A DNA stretch of 64,000 nt from Fistulifera solaris (taxonomy: Eukaryota). The stretch lies in the NCBI GenBank assembly GCA_030295235.1, contig AP026131.1, positions 372,001 through 436,000 of the forward strand, read 5' to 3'. A program made the translations under genes and the position numbers. Numbering within the stretch: position 1 is the first letter of the stretch; each line of letters opens with the position of its first letter. Below are positions 1 to 11,488 of this stretch, piece after piece. The notes under the pieces are model-generated. The model saw nothing but the letters and a program-made list of their open reading frames with translations. It had not been told where the DNA came from and ran no database searches.

Positions 1-136
1 GTACACTTAAAGCTTATATGACATGATTTTTACCGATAACGTTGAACTCCTACAGAACTGTATCAACAAACATCCGGTTTTTAATCACGTTTTATCTCCT
101 AAATATAAATTTGGTTCATTCCTATGTAATTATCCT

Positions 137-1293
137 TGTTGGCGTAGAGAGAAATTTCTCACTGTAGAGAGAAATTTCTCACTATAGAGAAAGAAATTGC
201 TATCTCAAAAGTGCATTTTCTCCCTATAGAAAGAAATTGCTCTCTATAAAGAGAAATATCTCTCTAGCTCGATTGAGTAAGTAACGAAACTCAACAGCAA
301 TAACACGCTTTTCAATTAAGGTTTTTGCGTTTCAACGGAATCCGACGCAAACTCTCATCGCTCATCGCTCATCGCGTTCACATAATTCACAACACTCGCA
401 AATCTCACTCGTTCAATCTTTTATTTAGAAAAAGGCCCATTTAGACTATCCAAACAAGATAATCTTGAAAAATATCTATTGGGAATTCATAGGCAAATGC
501 TGGTTCATGAAATCAGTGCGAAATGAAGATTGGGTTCTTTGACGGGCTCTCACACCGACGGCTCGTGGATGCGACCGTGAGTTTTCTATCGACCCAGCAT
601 CCAAAGCCAACAGGATAGACCTCTTGTTGGTCCTTTCCTTTCTTCTTTGCAGCAGCGTAACGTTCTTTCTCCCACTCCTTCGGTCAAAGAATCTTCTGGC
701 TCTAAAGCTGCAATTTTTTCGAGTAAGAATCAAGTATTGCTGCTGATAAACGAAGCAGCCCCGGACCGCGTAAATTTGCCAGACTTCAGTCAGCATGGAA
801 ACAACACGCTTTGTTCAAGATGAGCCTCGGATCAAAAGTGCGCTTGTCACAATAAAACAATGGTGGTGGTGAAATTGGCTCGTCGTAACCAGCACATGAA
901 GCCAAGAATGGCACTCGGCCTGCAAACGCGCCATCCTTCTTTCCAGAGCTAAGCCCCAACAATCCTGTTGAAGGAGGTTGATTGATAATAAGTAATTAGA
1001 AGTGTTTGTGTAACTCCGAAGCCTTGTTTTTGTGTTGCGGTCGATTGCGGTCGCGATGAGAATTTTCGGTGATGCTTCATTTTTGGAAAAATCATAACCT
1101 TAATTGAAACCACAAGTAAGACACGGTTAAAATTTTGAAAAGAGAGATTTTTCTCACTATAGAGAGAAATTTCTCACTATAGAGATTTTTCTCTCTAAAG
1201 AGAGCAAATTCTCTCTATAGAGAAAATGCTCTCTTGAGGGAGCATTTTCTCTCTATAGAGAGAAATTTTTCTGTGGCTAATAAAGTACCAACA
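137..1293. mobile_element. Decayed inverted-repeat element (non-autonomous DNA transposon-like) with an internal pseudogene
   Basis: Blocks 145-266 and 1141-1272 are built from ~20-bp near-palindromic TAGAGAGAAATTTCTC(A/T)CTA units and align as inverted repeats. The interior minus strand has a long frame broken by TGA/TAG stops. No TSD found. Confidence 0.55.
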
Positions 1294-1599
1294 CGTTTTA
1301 AGGGCTAAGTAATTTAACCGTTTCGAACGCTCAAAGTAAACATTTATCGCCGATAGCTATTTTTACTGTTACAATAAATTATATCAATACGACATGAATG
1401 CCCTCTATTCTGAAACCGGTCGGACGTAGCAGTTTCCGCCAAGCTCCCTGGTACTGGTACATTTCCTACGGATTCCTTTCACTGGACTACGAAATAAGAA
1501 GAAACAAGAAACCCGCAAGCGTTTCTTGGCTTTCGACATCTTTTTGGACCGCGCTCTTCTCATACTTCTCCAAAAATCCTCCGATCGGCCGAGAACAAC

Positions 1600-2250
1600 A
1601 TGAACTGTTCTATTGTTTGCAATGCCATCGGATGTCGGACCAGAGCGAAATACCGCTGCAGCGATTGTCAAAAAGTATGGTATTGTTCACAGGTCTGTCA
1701 AGAGAAGGACTGGAAGCTACACCACAAAGACCTCTGTCCGATTTACAAGATATCGGATGATGAGGGGCCCGCTGGGCTCCTCATGTTAACCGAGATGCTA
1801 TTCGGAAAAGTTCCGTGGCATTGCATTTTTAGTGACGAGGCAAGACTGCGGCGCTTTGCCAAAGGATCCCTTGATATGGGAATCATCGTTGAAGACAGCG
1901 ATGGACGTCCTCTCACGATGGATATCTACGACAACGAACTGTCTCCAGAAGAACGTCACGCAGCTATGGTTGGCCTTGTCATGTCTCGCATGACTGACCT
2001 CCTTCCCGACTCTAGTCTTATCGAACAGATGCTGGGCAAAATCCCCCTCAATTGTCATCAATGCCGCTACCGCGGACCCAATCAAAACCTTCGCCCCGAC
2101 GCAAATCTAGGAGGAACCAGGTTCCTCTGCCTTCCTTGTGATTCCAAAAACGAAGTATTGTATGACTTCAACTGCTTAAATTGGAACCAGGTCGCTCCAG
2201 AGGATCCAGAGAAGTTTCCCGATTGGCTCAACGATGTCCTTTTTTCTTGA
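1600..2250 (+). CDS. MYND zinc-finger protein
   Basis: CSDCQKVWYCSQVCQEKDWKLHHKDLC is a canonical zf-MYND signature. Confidence 0.8.
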   Translation: MNCSIVCNAIGCRTRAKYRCSDCQKVWYCSQVCQEKDWKLHHKDLCPIYKISDDEGPAGLLMLTEMLFGKVPWHCIFSDEARLRRFAKGSLDMGIIVEDSDGRPLTMDIYDNELSPEERHAAMVGLVMSRMTDLLPDSSLIEQMLGKIPLNCHQCRYRGPNQNLRPDANLGGTRFLCLPCDSKNEVLYDFNCLNWNQVAPEDPEKFPDWLNDVLFS

Positions 2251-2569
2251 AAGACACGAGTACTCCCGCTAAAAAAGTTCTGCTAGTCTAATAATCAAAG
2301 AACACATAGTATAATTAAACAGCCCAACTCCTGGCGTTATAAGTTAGGCGAAAGGAATAAGCAGCTTAAATCCTAAAAAAGGGGGCCACCGGGTTGTCGA
2401 CGTTGACACATTTTTCAAAGATCGTCATGAGGTTGTGGTCTGTTTTGTCAATTCCCACCACCTTTTTCTCAGAACGAATAACCACGCAGCGAGTACCGCT
2501 GAGAGGGCACCACGCACCACGGCCATTTTATTGAAAAGCCATGCATTTTCTTTGACGCGATGCAATAAG

Positions 2570-3394
2570 ATGGCAGCGAGAATTCAATTAATCAAAAATC
2601 TCACTCGTTTTCCTCTCTGTCAAACATTTCCTCGAATTCGCCGCCAAATTATGACGACAGCTTACACACATCCGGTCCCAGAAGTCACGGCCATTCCGAT
2701 TGTTGACCAGCCGTCGTTGTACTTTCCCATCCGGCGTATCTATTGCGTGGGTCGTAATTTTGCGGAGCACGCACGTGAGATGGGAAGTGATCCCGATCGG
2801 GACCCTCCTTTCTTCTTCTCCAAGCCACGAGACGCGGCTGTTCACTGTCCTGTTCAGATTCCGTACCCTCTGGCCACACATAATCTTCATTATGAAATTG
2901 AGCTTGTCGTCGCGATCGGTCAATCGGCTCAGTGCATCAATATCCGTGACGCTCCGTCCTGTGTTTACGGGCTAGCTGTCGGTGTCGATCTGACTCGGCG
3001 TGACTTACAAGCCATGGCCAAAGAAAAATCAAGGCCTTGGGATTGCAGCAAGGGCTTTGACTGGTCCGCGCCGATGAGCTCTGTACAGCCTCTGGATCAA
3101 TGCTCAGTTGAGTTAAAAAAGATCGTGCAGGGAAATACGGCAAACAAAGATACCAGTATATGGCTTGACGTGAATGGGGAACGCAAGCAATTCGGAAAGC
3201 TGAGTGACATGACTTGGTCGATACCAGAGATTATTTCGATTTTATCGCAGCAGATTCGTCTAGAACCTGGAGACGTTATATTTACGGGTACGCCAAGTGG
3301 TGTGGGACCTTTACAAATAGGCGATGTGATAGAAGGCGGTGTCGACGGCTTGACATCTCGAATCCAGGTATCGATTATCGAGGCGTCTAGTTGA
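2570..3394 (+). CDS. FAHD1: Fumarylacetoacetate hydrolase-domain protein (FAHD1-like), probably mitochondrial
   Basis: IYCVGRNFAEH, FFFSKP, HYEIEL, DLTRRDLQ, KGFD and GDVIFTGTPSGVG motifs; Arg-rich N-terminus. Confidence 0.9.
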   Translation: MAARIQLIKNLTRFPLCQTFPRIRRQIMTTAYTHPVPEVTAIPIVDQPSLYFPIRRIYCVGRNFAEHAREMGSDPDRDPPFFFSKPRDAAVHCPVQIPYPLATHNLHYEIELVVAIGQSAQCINIRDAPSCVYGLAVGVDLTRRDLQAMAKEKSRPWDCSKGFDWSAPMSSVQPLDQCSVELKKIVQGNTANKDTSIWLDVNGERKQFGKLSDMTWSIPEIISILSQQIRLEPGDVIFTGTPSGVGPLQIGDVIEGGVDGLTSRIQVSIIEASS

Positions 3395-3633
3395 AAATGT
3401 TGAAAACGGAAGTGCGATCCGAATATTATAAAGGCGACTTTGTAAGAATTTATAGCTAATAGCCTAGTATTTCAAGATTACAACTTCCCAGGGATTTTTA
3501 AAATTAAAAAGAAACTGAAACGTAAAGAACTAGACCGTCGAATGACATAGGTATAGTGATGATAAGTTAGAGAAGCAGTGTGTTTTGACTGCAATACTGT
3601 CTATCCCTTCATTCGTTCTTCGAATGCAATTGT

Positions 3634-4426
3634 TATCTTTCTACTTATATTTTCACTTCTGTGCAGAAGTTTCTGTCGTAAACGGTCCCTCGGACGTGGT
3701 TGGAATTCATTGCAACAGCTTCGTCTCGGGACTGTAAAGAATCAAGTCGCGTTTGCCGTTAACCAACAGTCCATGTCATAGTACATTTCAGGAGACTCAT
3801 TTCATGATAAATCACCAGAAACATCAACACCGCTATCTTTCTACTTATATTTTTACTTTTGTGCAGAAGTTTCTGTCGTAAACGGTCCCTAGGACGTGGT
3901 TGGAAATCATTGCAACAGTGTAAAGAATGGAGTCGCGTTTGCCGTAAACCAACAGTCCATGTCATAGTAAATTTTGAAATCTTCGAAGAAAGACATTTCA
4001 CGAGACTCATTTCATGATAAATCACCAGAAACATCAACACCGCTATCTTTCTACTTATAATTTTACTTTTGTGCAGAAGTTTCTGTCGTCAACGGTCCCT
4101 AGGACGTGGTTGGAAATCATTGCAACAGTTTCGTCTCGGGACTGTAAAGAATGGAGTCGCGTTTGCCGTAAACCAACAGTCCATGTCATAGTAAATTTTG
4201 AAATCTTCGAAGAAAGACATTTCACGAGACTCAATTCATGATAAATCACCAGAAACATCAACACCGCTATCTTTCTACTTATATTTTCACTTTTGTGCAG
4301 AAGTTTCTGTCGTCAACGGTCCCTAGGACGTGGTTGGAAATCATTGCAACAGTTTCGTCTCGGGACTGTAAAGAATGGAGTCGCGTTTGCCGTAAACCAG
4401 CAGTGGATTTTGAAATCTTCGAAGAA
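3634..4426. repeat. Tandem array A, ~3.7 copies of a 200-224 bp unit
   Basis: TATCTTTCTACTTATA recurs at ~3634, 3834, 4044 and 4268; units are near-identical apart from internal deletions. Confidence 0.95.
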
Positions 4427-4784
4427 TAAAGGGGAATATCATTGTATCTCTTTTTTATCACCACTGCTTTTCTCGTCTATTATTAGTCTATATTACCATT
4501 TGTTGTTATTTACATTTTTATTCCACACCCTAGAAAAAATACATCCGTTTTTTTAGCCATACCGATGACTTCGGGTGTGTCCGTAGTCCTTTGCCAAGAC
4601 TGACGGTTGATTTTAATCACGAGGTATGCATGACATTTTTTTATTACTTTATTGCGCGTTATTTGACCTCACATAAAAACGGGCGGCGTTGCCCTCGATC
4701 TCGCTTTCTGACAATGACCCTCTACAAATAATGTCAACCTTTGCACAAATTCCTTAAACAACAAATTAGATTCCTTCTTTCATC

Positions 4785-6200
4785 ATGTCGGACTTGACTG
4801 TCTACGCCGAAAAGCTTATCGCCACAGTGGCCCGCGCGTTTTACGACGACGATGTGGTGTGTCTGGTGGACGTACTCATACGCGACAAATACTTACGCGA
4901 CGACGATATGGCTCCGCGACTTCAAATACCGGTCAAAGACTTGCGAAAAACATTGCAGTTTCTGGAAGAGGAGCATTTGGTGGGATCAGAAACAGTCGAC
5001 GATTTGAATCAGGGAGGAAGTCAGTCTTCAAAATTTTATTATCTCGATTATTGCCGCGCCGTTCATTCGATTCGATTGCGACTGCATTTACTCAAAAAGA
5101 AGCTACAGGAAGATGAGCTCAAAGCACGGTCGTCTTCATTCTATTTATGTCCTGGTTATAAAGTAAAACGATGCAATGGTCAGTACACGGAAGAGGAAGC
5201 CCAGCAGGTGGTGGATGCACAAACGGGTCTGTTTCTATGTCATGAGTGCTTTCGACTGTACGAAAATGATCCGGGTGCTCCTTCGATGGACACGTATACA
5301 TTGAAATTGGTGGACAATCGGACGGCTCTAAGGGAAGCTGTGGATAATTTACGACGTTTGAACGTTCAGTTGTCGGCGAAATTCATTGGCAATACGCAAC
5401 TGCGCAGCGGAATCTATGATCTTTTGCAAAAAGTGCGAGGTTCGGGGAAGTCTCCTATCACCAGTAATTTACCTTCGGAAAACTTTGCCCTCGGTATCGG
5501 CTCAAAGCGTTTGGCCGGAACCGGACGAACGGCTGGGATTAAAGCCAAGAAACTCGAACAACAGGGCGTAGCCACAAGCGCCGCGCAAGCTAAAAATTAT
5601 CTTGTCGGTTCAGGAGGATCCAAACAGTCAGGAGATGAAGATTTGATGTTTTTAAAGAATGCAATGGGTCATGAAATTCAATTCACTGTAGAACGGGGCG
5701 GCGGTATTCGGGCACAGCTCTTGGCTACGAAGAAGCAGCGCACGAGGAAGCTTCTGGATGCTGCCGCCAGTCGGGTTGGAGTAAGTCTTCCACTTTATAT
5801 GGTACTGCAAGAGACGTCCAGAACTCGCAAGCGGAAAGAAGAGGAAGCAGAGAAGGACGGAGCGTCAAAAAAGAAACAAAAAGTCGCAATCCAGACACTA
5901 GAGTTTCTCCGTGACAATATAGGTCGCTACGAAGAGGATCTCGCTCACGAAGAGTTGCGAGAAGCAGAAAGAGAAGAGGAAAGCGAAGACATGTTTGCGG
6001 TAGAAGTTGTTGGCGAAGAGCTAGTTTTGTGCGATGAAACTGCTGAACTCAAACAATTAGAAGACGAAGAGAGACTCATTGCCTTTCAAGAACAGTACAA
6101 AATGGAAGTGGCACGCCAGGAGGATCTTTTAAAATCAATAGGCACGGGCTCCTGTATAGACGAAGAGCTTTCTATTGCCTGGGAAGAAGGTGGTTTCTGA
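4785..6200 (+). CDS. GTF2E1: General transcription factor TFIIE alpha subunit
   Basis: N-terminal winged helix (LIATVARAFY...YYLDY), CP..C / CHEC zinc ribbon and acidic C-terminus. Confidence 0.85.
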   Translation: MSDLTVYAEKLIATVARAFYDDDVVCLVDVLIRDKYLRDDDMAPRLQIPVKDLRKTLQFLEEEHLVGSETVDDLNQGGSQSSKFYYLDYCRAVHSIRLRLHLLKKKLQEDELKARSSSFYLCPGYKVKRCNGQYTEEEAQQVVDAQTGLFLCHECFRLYENDPGAPSMDTYTLKLVDNRTALREAVDNLRRLNVQLSAKFIGNTQLRSGIYDLLQKVRGSGKSPITSNLPSENFALGIGSKRLAGTGRTAGIKAKKLEQQGVATSAAQAKNYLVGSGGSKQSGDEDLMFLKNAMGHEIQFTVERGGGIRAQLLATKKQRTRKLLDAAASRVGVSLPLYMVLQETSRTRKRKEEEAEKDGASKKKQKVAIQTLEFLRDNIGRYEEDLAHEELREAEREEESEDMFAVEVVGEELVLCDETAELKQLEDEERLIAFQEQYKMEVARQEDLLKSIGTGSCIDEELSIAWEEGGF

Positions 6201-6560
6201 CCTGGATGTTGATTTTAGACAATAATATTGCCAGCTTTGTTAAAACTGCTGTTTTTGTACGTCGACAGTAACGTACATTCAATGTCGTCTACTATTGCTC
6301 TATGATCACATAAATTTCACATGAAAAAAGTGAGCTAAAGCATTGGCTCGTCTAGCAGTGTTTTTGTACGTTGCATTCGTGACTAAGTAGCAGTTCTTTT
6401 TCCGGGACCGTGACGGTGCACGAACGAAAGAACGAACAAAAATATACGGAGTAACAACCTGCGTTGAAAGCGGAAACGCAAGAACTTGGACGACGAGATG
6501 TTCGAAGACATTCATTCCAGTTCTTTGCAAATCTCATCATTACAACACAGCAATCACAAT

Positions 6561-7739
6561 ATGTTTCGAAAGCTTACCGATCGCATAACTTCTGCTGCCT
6601 CATCCGTTCTGGGTAGAGAGGACAGCAACGTGCAACAGTTAGTCGAATTGGGCTTCGACGCAAACCGCGCCCGAGCAGCCTTGCATTCCACCAACGGAAA
6701 CGTCGAGCAAGCCGCCGAGCTACTACTTGCCGGAGATATATCTCAGCAGCATATACATCAACACACCAGCAACGAAGAAGAAGACGACGCCATGTTACAA
6801 CGAGCATTACAAGAAAGTTTACAGCCACCGAAACCGACACGGACTGCGGCTATGAGAGCTGCGGCAAGGGCTGCCGAGGAACGCTTCGAATCACAGAAAC
6901 TACCTTATCAGAAGAAAACCTCTAGTCGCTCTAGCTCTACAGATTCTCGTCAGTCCAACATTTCCTTGCCATCCGCTGGAGGGCTGTCAGTAATGCACCC
7001 CGACGTAAAGGTCATTCCCAAGTTACAGGACAAGACGAAAGAAGAACAAGTTCTACGATGTGCCGATCGACTGAAATCGTATCCAAATGCGGTTGATACT
7101 TTGTTACGAGCACTGACGTCAGTTCAAAAAGATCCCAACAATATGAAATTTCGATCTATTGAAACGAATACACCGGTCTTTCAACGAACTTTACAAAGCG
7201 CCCCTGGTGCTGTGGACTTACTGCGCGCGATGAATTACTATCCTGTCGGAGAAAAACTCATTTTAGACCGATCGAATGTTGATGCGGCCTTGTTGTATTT
7301 AGGGACTTCAGCGCTGGAGCAAACCAAGCTAACAGCTGAGTATCGATCGGAAAAGGCCAAACTAGTCTTTGCGAAAACAATAGAGCAAATTCGTCAATCG
7401 GCCGACTCGAGTGAGTCGGAGGCCATTCAGCGTGCGGCATTCATGGCGAAATGCCCGTCAGAGCCTGCGGCGGGACGTGGGACTTTGGTACAAGTGCAAA
7501 TGGCGGATTCGACGGTATTGCGGAGGTTCGATGGCGACGACACGTTGGAGGACATTTTGAACTGGATTGCCGGTCACGGCATTGCCATTCGCGACAAGCT
7601 TTTGTCACAAGAATGGCAACTCGTGGATTTAAACAAGTATCCGTCCACTCCACTGGATTGTCGAGCCAATCAGCACCATACTTTACAATACATAGGCTTA
7701 TTTCCTAGTGGTAAGCTTGAAATCGTTCCTACCGTATAA
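6561..7739 (+). CDS. UBA-UIM-PUB-UBX domain p97/Cdc48 cofactor
   Basis: UBA (LVELGF..ARAALHSTNGNVEQAAELL), UIM (LQRALQESL), PUB (DPNNMKFRSI...GAVDLL) and UBX (RRF...TLQYIGLFPSG). Confidence 0.85.
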   Translation: MFRKLTDRITSAASSVLGREDSNVQQLVELGFDANRARAALHSTNGNVEQAAELLLAGDISQQHIHQHTSNEEEDDAMLQRALQESLQPPKPTRTAAMRAAARAAEERFESQKLPYQKKTSSRSSSTDSRQSNISLPSAGGLSVMHPDVKVIPKLQDKTKEEQVLRCADRLKSYPNAVDTLLRALTSVQKDPNNMKFRSIETNTPVFQRTLQSAPGAVDLLRAMNYYPVGEKLILDRSNVDAALLYLGTSALEQTKLTAEYRSEKAKLVFAKTIEQIRQSADSSESEAIQRAAFMAKCPSEPAAGRGTLVQVQMADSTVLRRFDGDDTLEDILNWIAGHGIAIRDKLLSQEWQLVDLNKYPSTPLDCRANQHHTLQYIGLFPSGKLEIVPTV

Positions 7740-7807
7740 TATATTGGAAGTAACAAAAATGTTTGACTGAGTAAATGTGGCATATATATAATTGACAAAG
7801 AGGGCTC

Positions 7808-9488
7808 TCAGCGAGCCGCCAGCCAGCTGATGGGAAAGGAGCCAACGCTGCCACTAAGTAGCCCAAAGGCTAACGCAAACATCAAAATTTCGGACATGAT
7901 CTTGACCGACGAGTCATTCTTGTTTTTGGGAAGCAACGTAGGTGCATATACGAAAGAAGTCGCTAGAAGAAGTCCATGCGAGCAACCAAAAGAAAGTTGA
8001 ATCAAAAATGAAAAGGCATCGCTTCGAATCTGAAGCCACGGATAATCCTTCGCCGTGGGACAGGTGAAGAGCAACAGCACTAGCAAAACTCTTCCAAGTG
8101 AAAGAACCAAAAGACGTGTTGAAAACCAGTTGTAAACCATTGCGTTTGCTGCCAGAACACGCCCCGCGAAGTCACCAACATTATAAAGAACAAACGTCAA
8201 CGGCGTGTAGAGATCATTGGCCCATCGTTCTGTAGTTGAACACTGTTGTATACTGACCAAGAACGAAGTCCAAACCGGAAACATGGTTATCGATATCAAA
8301 AGGTGATGTAAATACAAGCTACCGGACTGTGTATCACTCGTAGCACCTCCATCACATTCGCTTGTGGTAATAATCTGTTTGCTCTCTCCACTTCACGACA
8401 TTCTATCGAAGACGAGAAGGGTGCAAGAGAAGAATCGGACCATTCATATGCTTTGTCAGGGAGCAGTCGTGTTCTTTGAGACGGTGAGCCAGAGAGATTG
8501 ACTGGCTTGACGGTTGACGAAGGTGACTCCAGTGGGCTTTGTAATAGCTCCACACCGTCAGCAGAATAAATCAGTTCATCAGTTTCGGAGCACTTCCGCT
8601 CCAGTTCATCCTTGAGAAAAGTAATACAGGAAATACCAAGCATACATGCTAGAAGCACCAAGAACCCGAGAAAAAAGAATCCAAAAACGCTCCAATCGAT
8701 GCGAGTTTAACCAGTACAATCACCATCACGAAGAAGAGAATGAGAGGTACTTGTCGCTTTTTCCTCACATGATGTTTTGATAAAGAATTCGGGAGATCGA
8801 AACGAAGCAGCTATCAAGTGGACGAGTGACACGACTACTCCAGCAGCGCCTTGACCCTACAAGAAACTAAGGGTTGAGACTTGGTGATAGCAGACCGTAT
8901 GGCGACTCATATAAACCTACCATCAAATGCGGGTTCATAGCAACATTAGAAGAGAACCAACCAGCGCAAGCTAAGCATCCTGCGGACATTAATGAATTTG
9001 CAAGTCCACATAGAATCAGAGGCCCGGGCAACCAGTCGGATCCCAGAAACATCTGTAAACAGAACCGCCAAAGATTGTGAGCCCATTACGAAGGCTGTGA
9101 TAGAAAAAGGTACCCAAATGAACATGACGGATACATTGTTGGTATTCTCCCCGTTGCTAAATTGCTTAGGAGATACAACCCACTGAAAGGCGAGAACTGC
9201 TCCCATGGAAAGCACCATAGAGAAGGTGTAAAGAAAGACAAGTTCTTCGATGTTGTGACAAGTTCTTGTTTCGAAGTAGTCCGTTGCATTCGTGAAAGCA
9301 TTCCAGGAAACTAAATTTCCGATTCCAAGTAGAGCGAAAATGCACTGTAAAGCAAAACGCGGATTTCGCTTAAAAAGAGGTGATAGTATGTGACGACGCC
9401 ATGGTCGTTGACGGCGAGGAGTTGCGTGATTGCTCTGTAAACTCATTTCGACAAATATCCGGGCGTCATCTTTGGCTTGTCCGATCAT
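7808..9488 (-). CDS. Equilibrative nucleoside transporter (ENT/SLC29), split by frameshifts and a probable intron
   Basis: LLGIGNLVSWNAFTNATDYF and LYNVGDFAGR motifs; multiple TM helices across ORFs 8946-9488, 8867-9052, 8296-8661 and 7808-8317. Confidence 0.8.
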
Positions 9489-9593
9489 ACACTTTTAGTA
9501 AATGAACTTTGCTTTTGTAAGTCGCTGCCGCTTTCGACTTTCTTATTTCAACAATGAATAGTGCAACAGCAAAAGCGCTTCAAAGACTTGGGA

Positions 9594-9870
9594 TTTTTCA
9601 CGTGCCCAGAAAACGTGGGCAAGTGCTGTTTTCACATGTCCCGAAAATCTGGGAGAGTGCTGTTTTCACGTGTCCCGAAAATCTGGGCGAGTGCTGTTTT
9701 CACGTCTCCCGAAAATCTGGGCGAGTGCTGTTTTCACGTATCCCGAAAATCTGGGCGAGTGCTGTTTTCACGTCTCCCGAAAATCTGGGAGAGTGCTGTT
9801 TTCACGTGTCCCGAAAATCTGGGAGAGTGCTGTTTTCACGTGTCCCGAAAATCTGGGGGTGTGGTATTTT
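9594..9870. repeat. Tandem array B, ~8 copies of a 34-bp unit (CCCGAAAATCTGGGAGAGTGCTGTTTTCACGTGT)
   Basis: Directly visible 34-bp periodicity between the divergent ENT and DGAT2 starts. Confidence 0.95.
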
Positions 9871-9970
9871 CGATGACGACGAGCACCGAGCTGCGCACCG
9901 CATCGAACTCGCTCGAACACTTTTTTCGACACATTCATACTTTTATATTGCCGGTTTTAATTAACTCATC

Positions 9971-11140
9971 ATGGCACCAAATAGTTTTACATTAAAGCAG
10001 CCGAGCAAGCAGCGTCAAGTGGGCTCATTGCGATGGTTCGTGGGCATGCTCATGGCGTCCACGTTCTCCATGGTCTATTTCGTGGCGCCATTTTACATGT
10101 TGACCGCGGCTGCTCTACTTCTTGCTGCTCCAACAAGTGCATTCACATGGGTTTATATAATGCCTATACTGGTATCTGCTTTAGTGAAGCCCCTGCCGAT
10201 GCCGTTTGTCCTGCGCTGGTTGCGACCGATGGTCGACTATTTCGATTACGAAGAAATCGTGGAATCGTCGCCTATCAATGTTCGCGAAGAAATTTTGTTG
10301 AAGGGAAAGAACTATTTATGTGTATTTCAGCCACATGGAGCTTTGTCGTTCACCGGAATTGTTTCTGCAGTGACCGCGGAACCGGCCTTTCAAGGTACGA
10401 TCGTGTGTGACTACAGACTAAAATAATAGTCTGACGACCTGCTGCTGCTGCTTTTATTACAAGTTTTCACGTTAAGGCTCTCATACTGTTGCTCAAACTC
10501 ATTCAGGAACTATGCCCACTGCGGTGGCCGATGCGGTTTTGTTGACACCGATTGTGAAACATGTGCTAGGGATTTTTGGAATTATTTCGGCGTCGAAACG
10601 AAGCATGCAACGCGCTTTGAAAAGGCCGGGACCCGAGGGCTGCGTTGTGCTCTACGTGGGAGGTATGGCGGAGCTGTTCTTGAGCTGCGAGAATAACGAA
10701 AAGCTTTATTTGATGAAACGAAAAGGATTCATCAAGCTTGCCTTGCAAGAAGGTGTCGACGTTGTTCCAATTTACTTGTTTGGTAACACCACAGTACTTT
10801 CCGTGCTCAAGAAGGGGGCTCTGGCTATGATATCTCGAAAGCTTCAGGTGTCGTTAACTTACATTTGGGGAAAGTGGGGACTACCCATTCCACGCGACTG
10901 CAAGGTGAGTTTTTTTTATAGTGGTGTTTGAAAATCTCTTACAGATCACGGCTCATGATATTGTTATTCCAGCTTTTGTACGTCAGTGGACAACCTTTGG
11001 GAATGCCAAAGATTGAAAACCCAACCCAACAAGATATTGATAAATGGCATGCGAAATATTGTAGCGAGGTCAAGCGGTTGTTCGACACGTACAAAGATCG
11101 TGTGCCCGAATACAAAGACAAACAACTTGAGATTGTGTGA
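9971..11140 (+). CDS. DGAT2: Diacylglycerol acyltransferase type 2; introns 10395-10506 and 10905-10972
   Basis: YF, FQPHG, VGGMAE, RKGFIKLAL, VPIYLFG and GQPL motifs; GT-AG splicing joins the three ORFs. Confidence 0.9.
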
Positions 11141-11488
11141 TTTCTTACAATAAAGATACTTTTTAACGTTTTAACTCTTACCCATTATCTCACATTAGTT
11201 ACATTCTTGTAAGTGCGAAAGCATTCATCTTTTATCGTGCATACCAGTAATAGCAGTGCCCTAGTTTCACGGAACTGTCTTCGATCGTACCGGTACCGGT
11301 ACCTGTTTCCACATTGAGGAATTGAGAACGCCGCGGACGAGAAAAAAAAGATCGCGACAGAGCGACAGAGCACTTCATCCATTCATCGTCCCTTTCCTTC
11401 ACAAGAGACGGATTCTGATACGAGCTTGACTTAAGAGTAGCTCTTTGCATATTGTCCTGTATATCAGCAATACCAGGTACTCATAACC

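Noticed and set aside
137..1293. Solo LTR (TGTTGG...CCAACA)
   Set aside because: No TSD, PBS or PPT; the long internal inverted arrays fit a DNA element better.
9594..9870. CRISPR-like appearance of the 34-bp arrays (also 56235-56783)
   Set aside because: There are no unique spacers and no cas genes, and the context is eukaryotic.
9554..9995. Repetitive ORFs (PENLGECCFHVSRKSG) and similar ORFs over arrays A, C, D, F and G
   Set aside because: They are translations of tandem repeats open in several frames, with no domain or coding signal.
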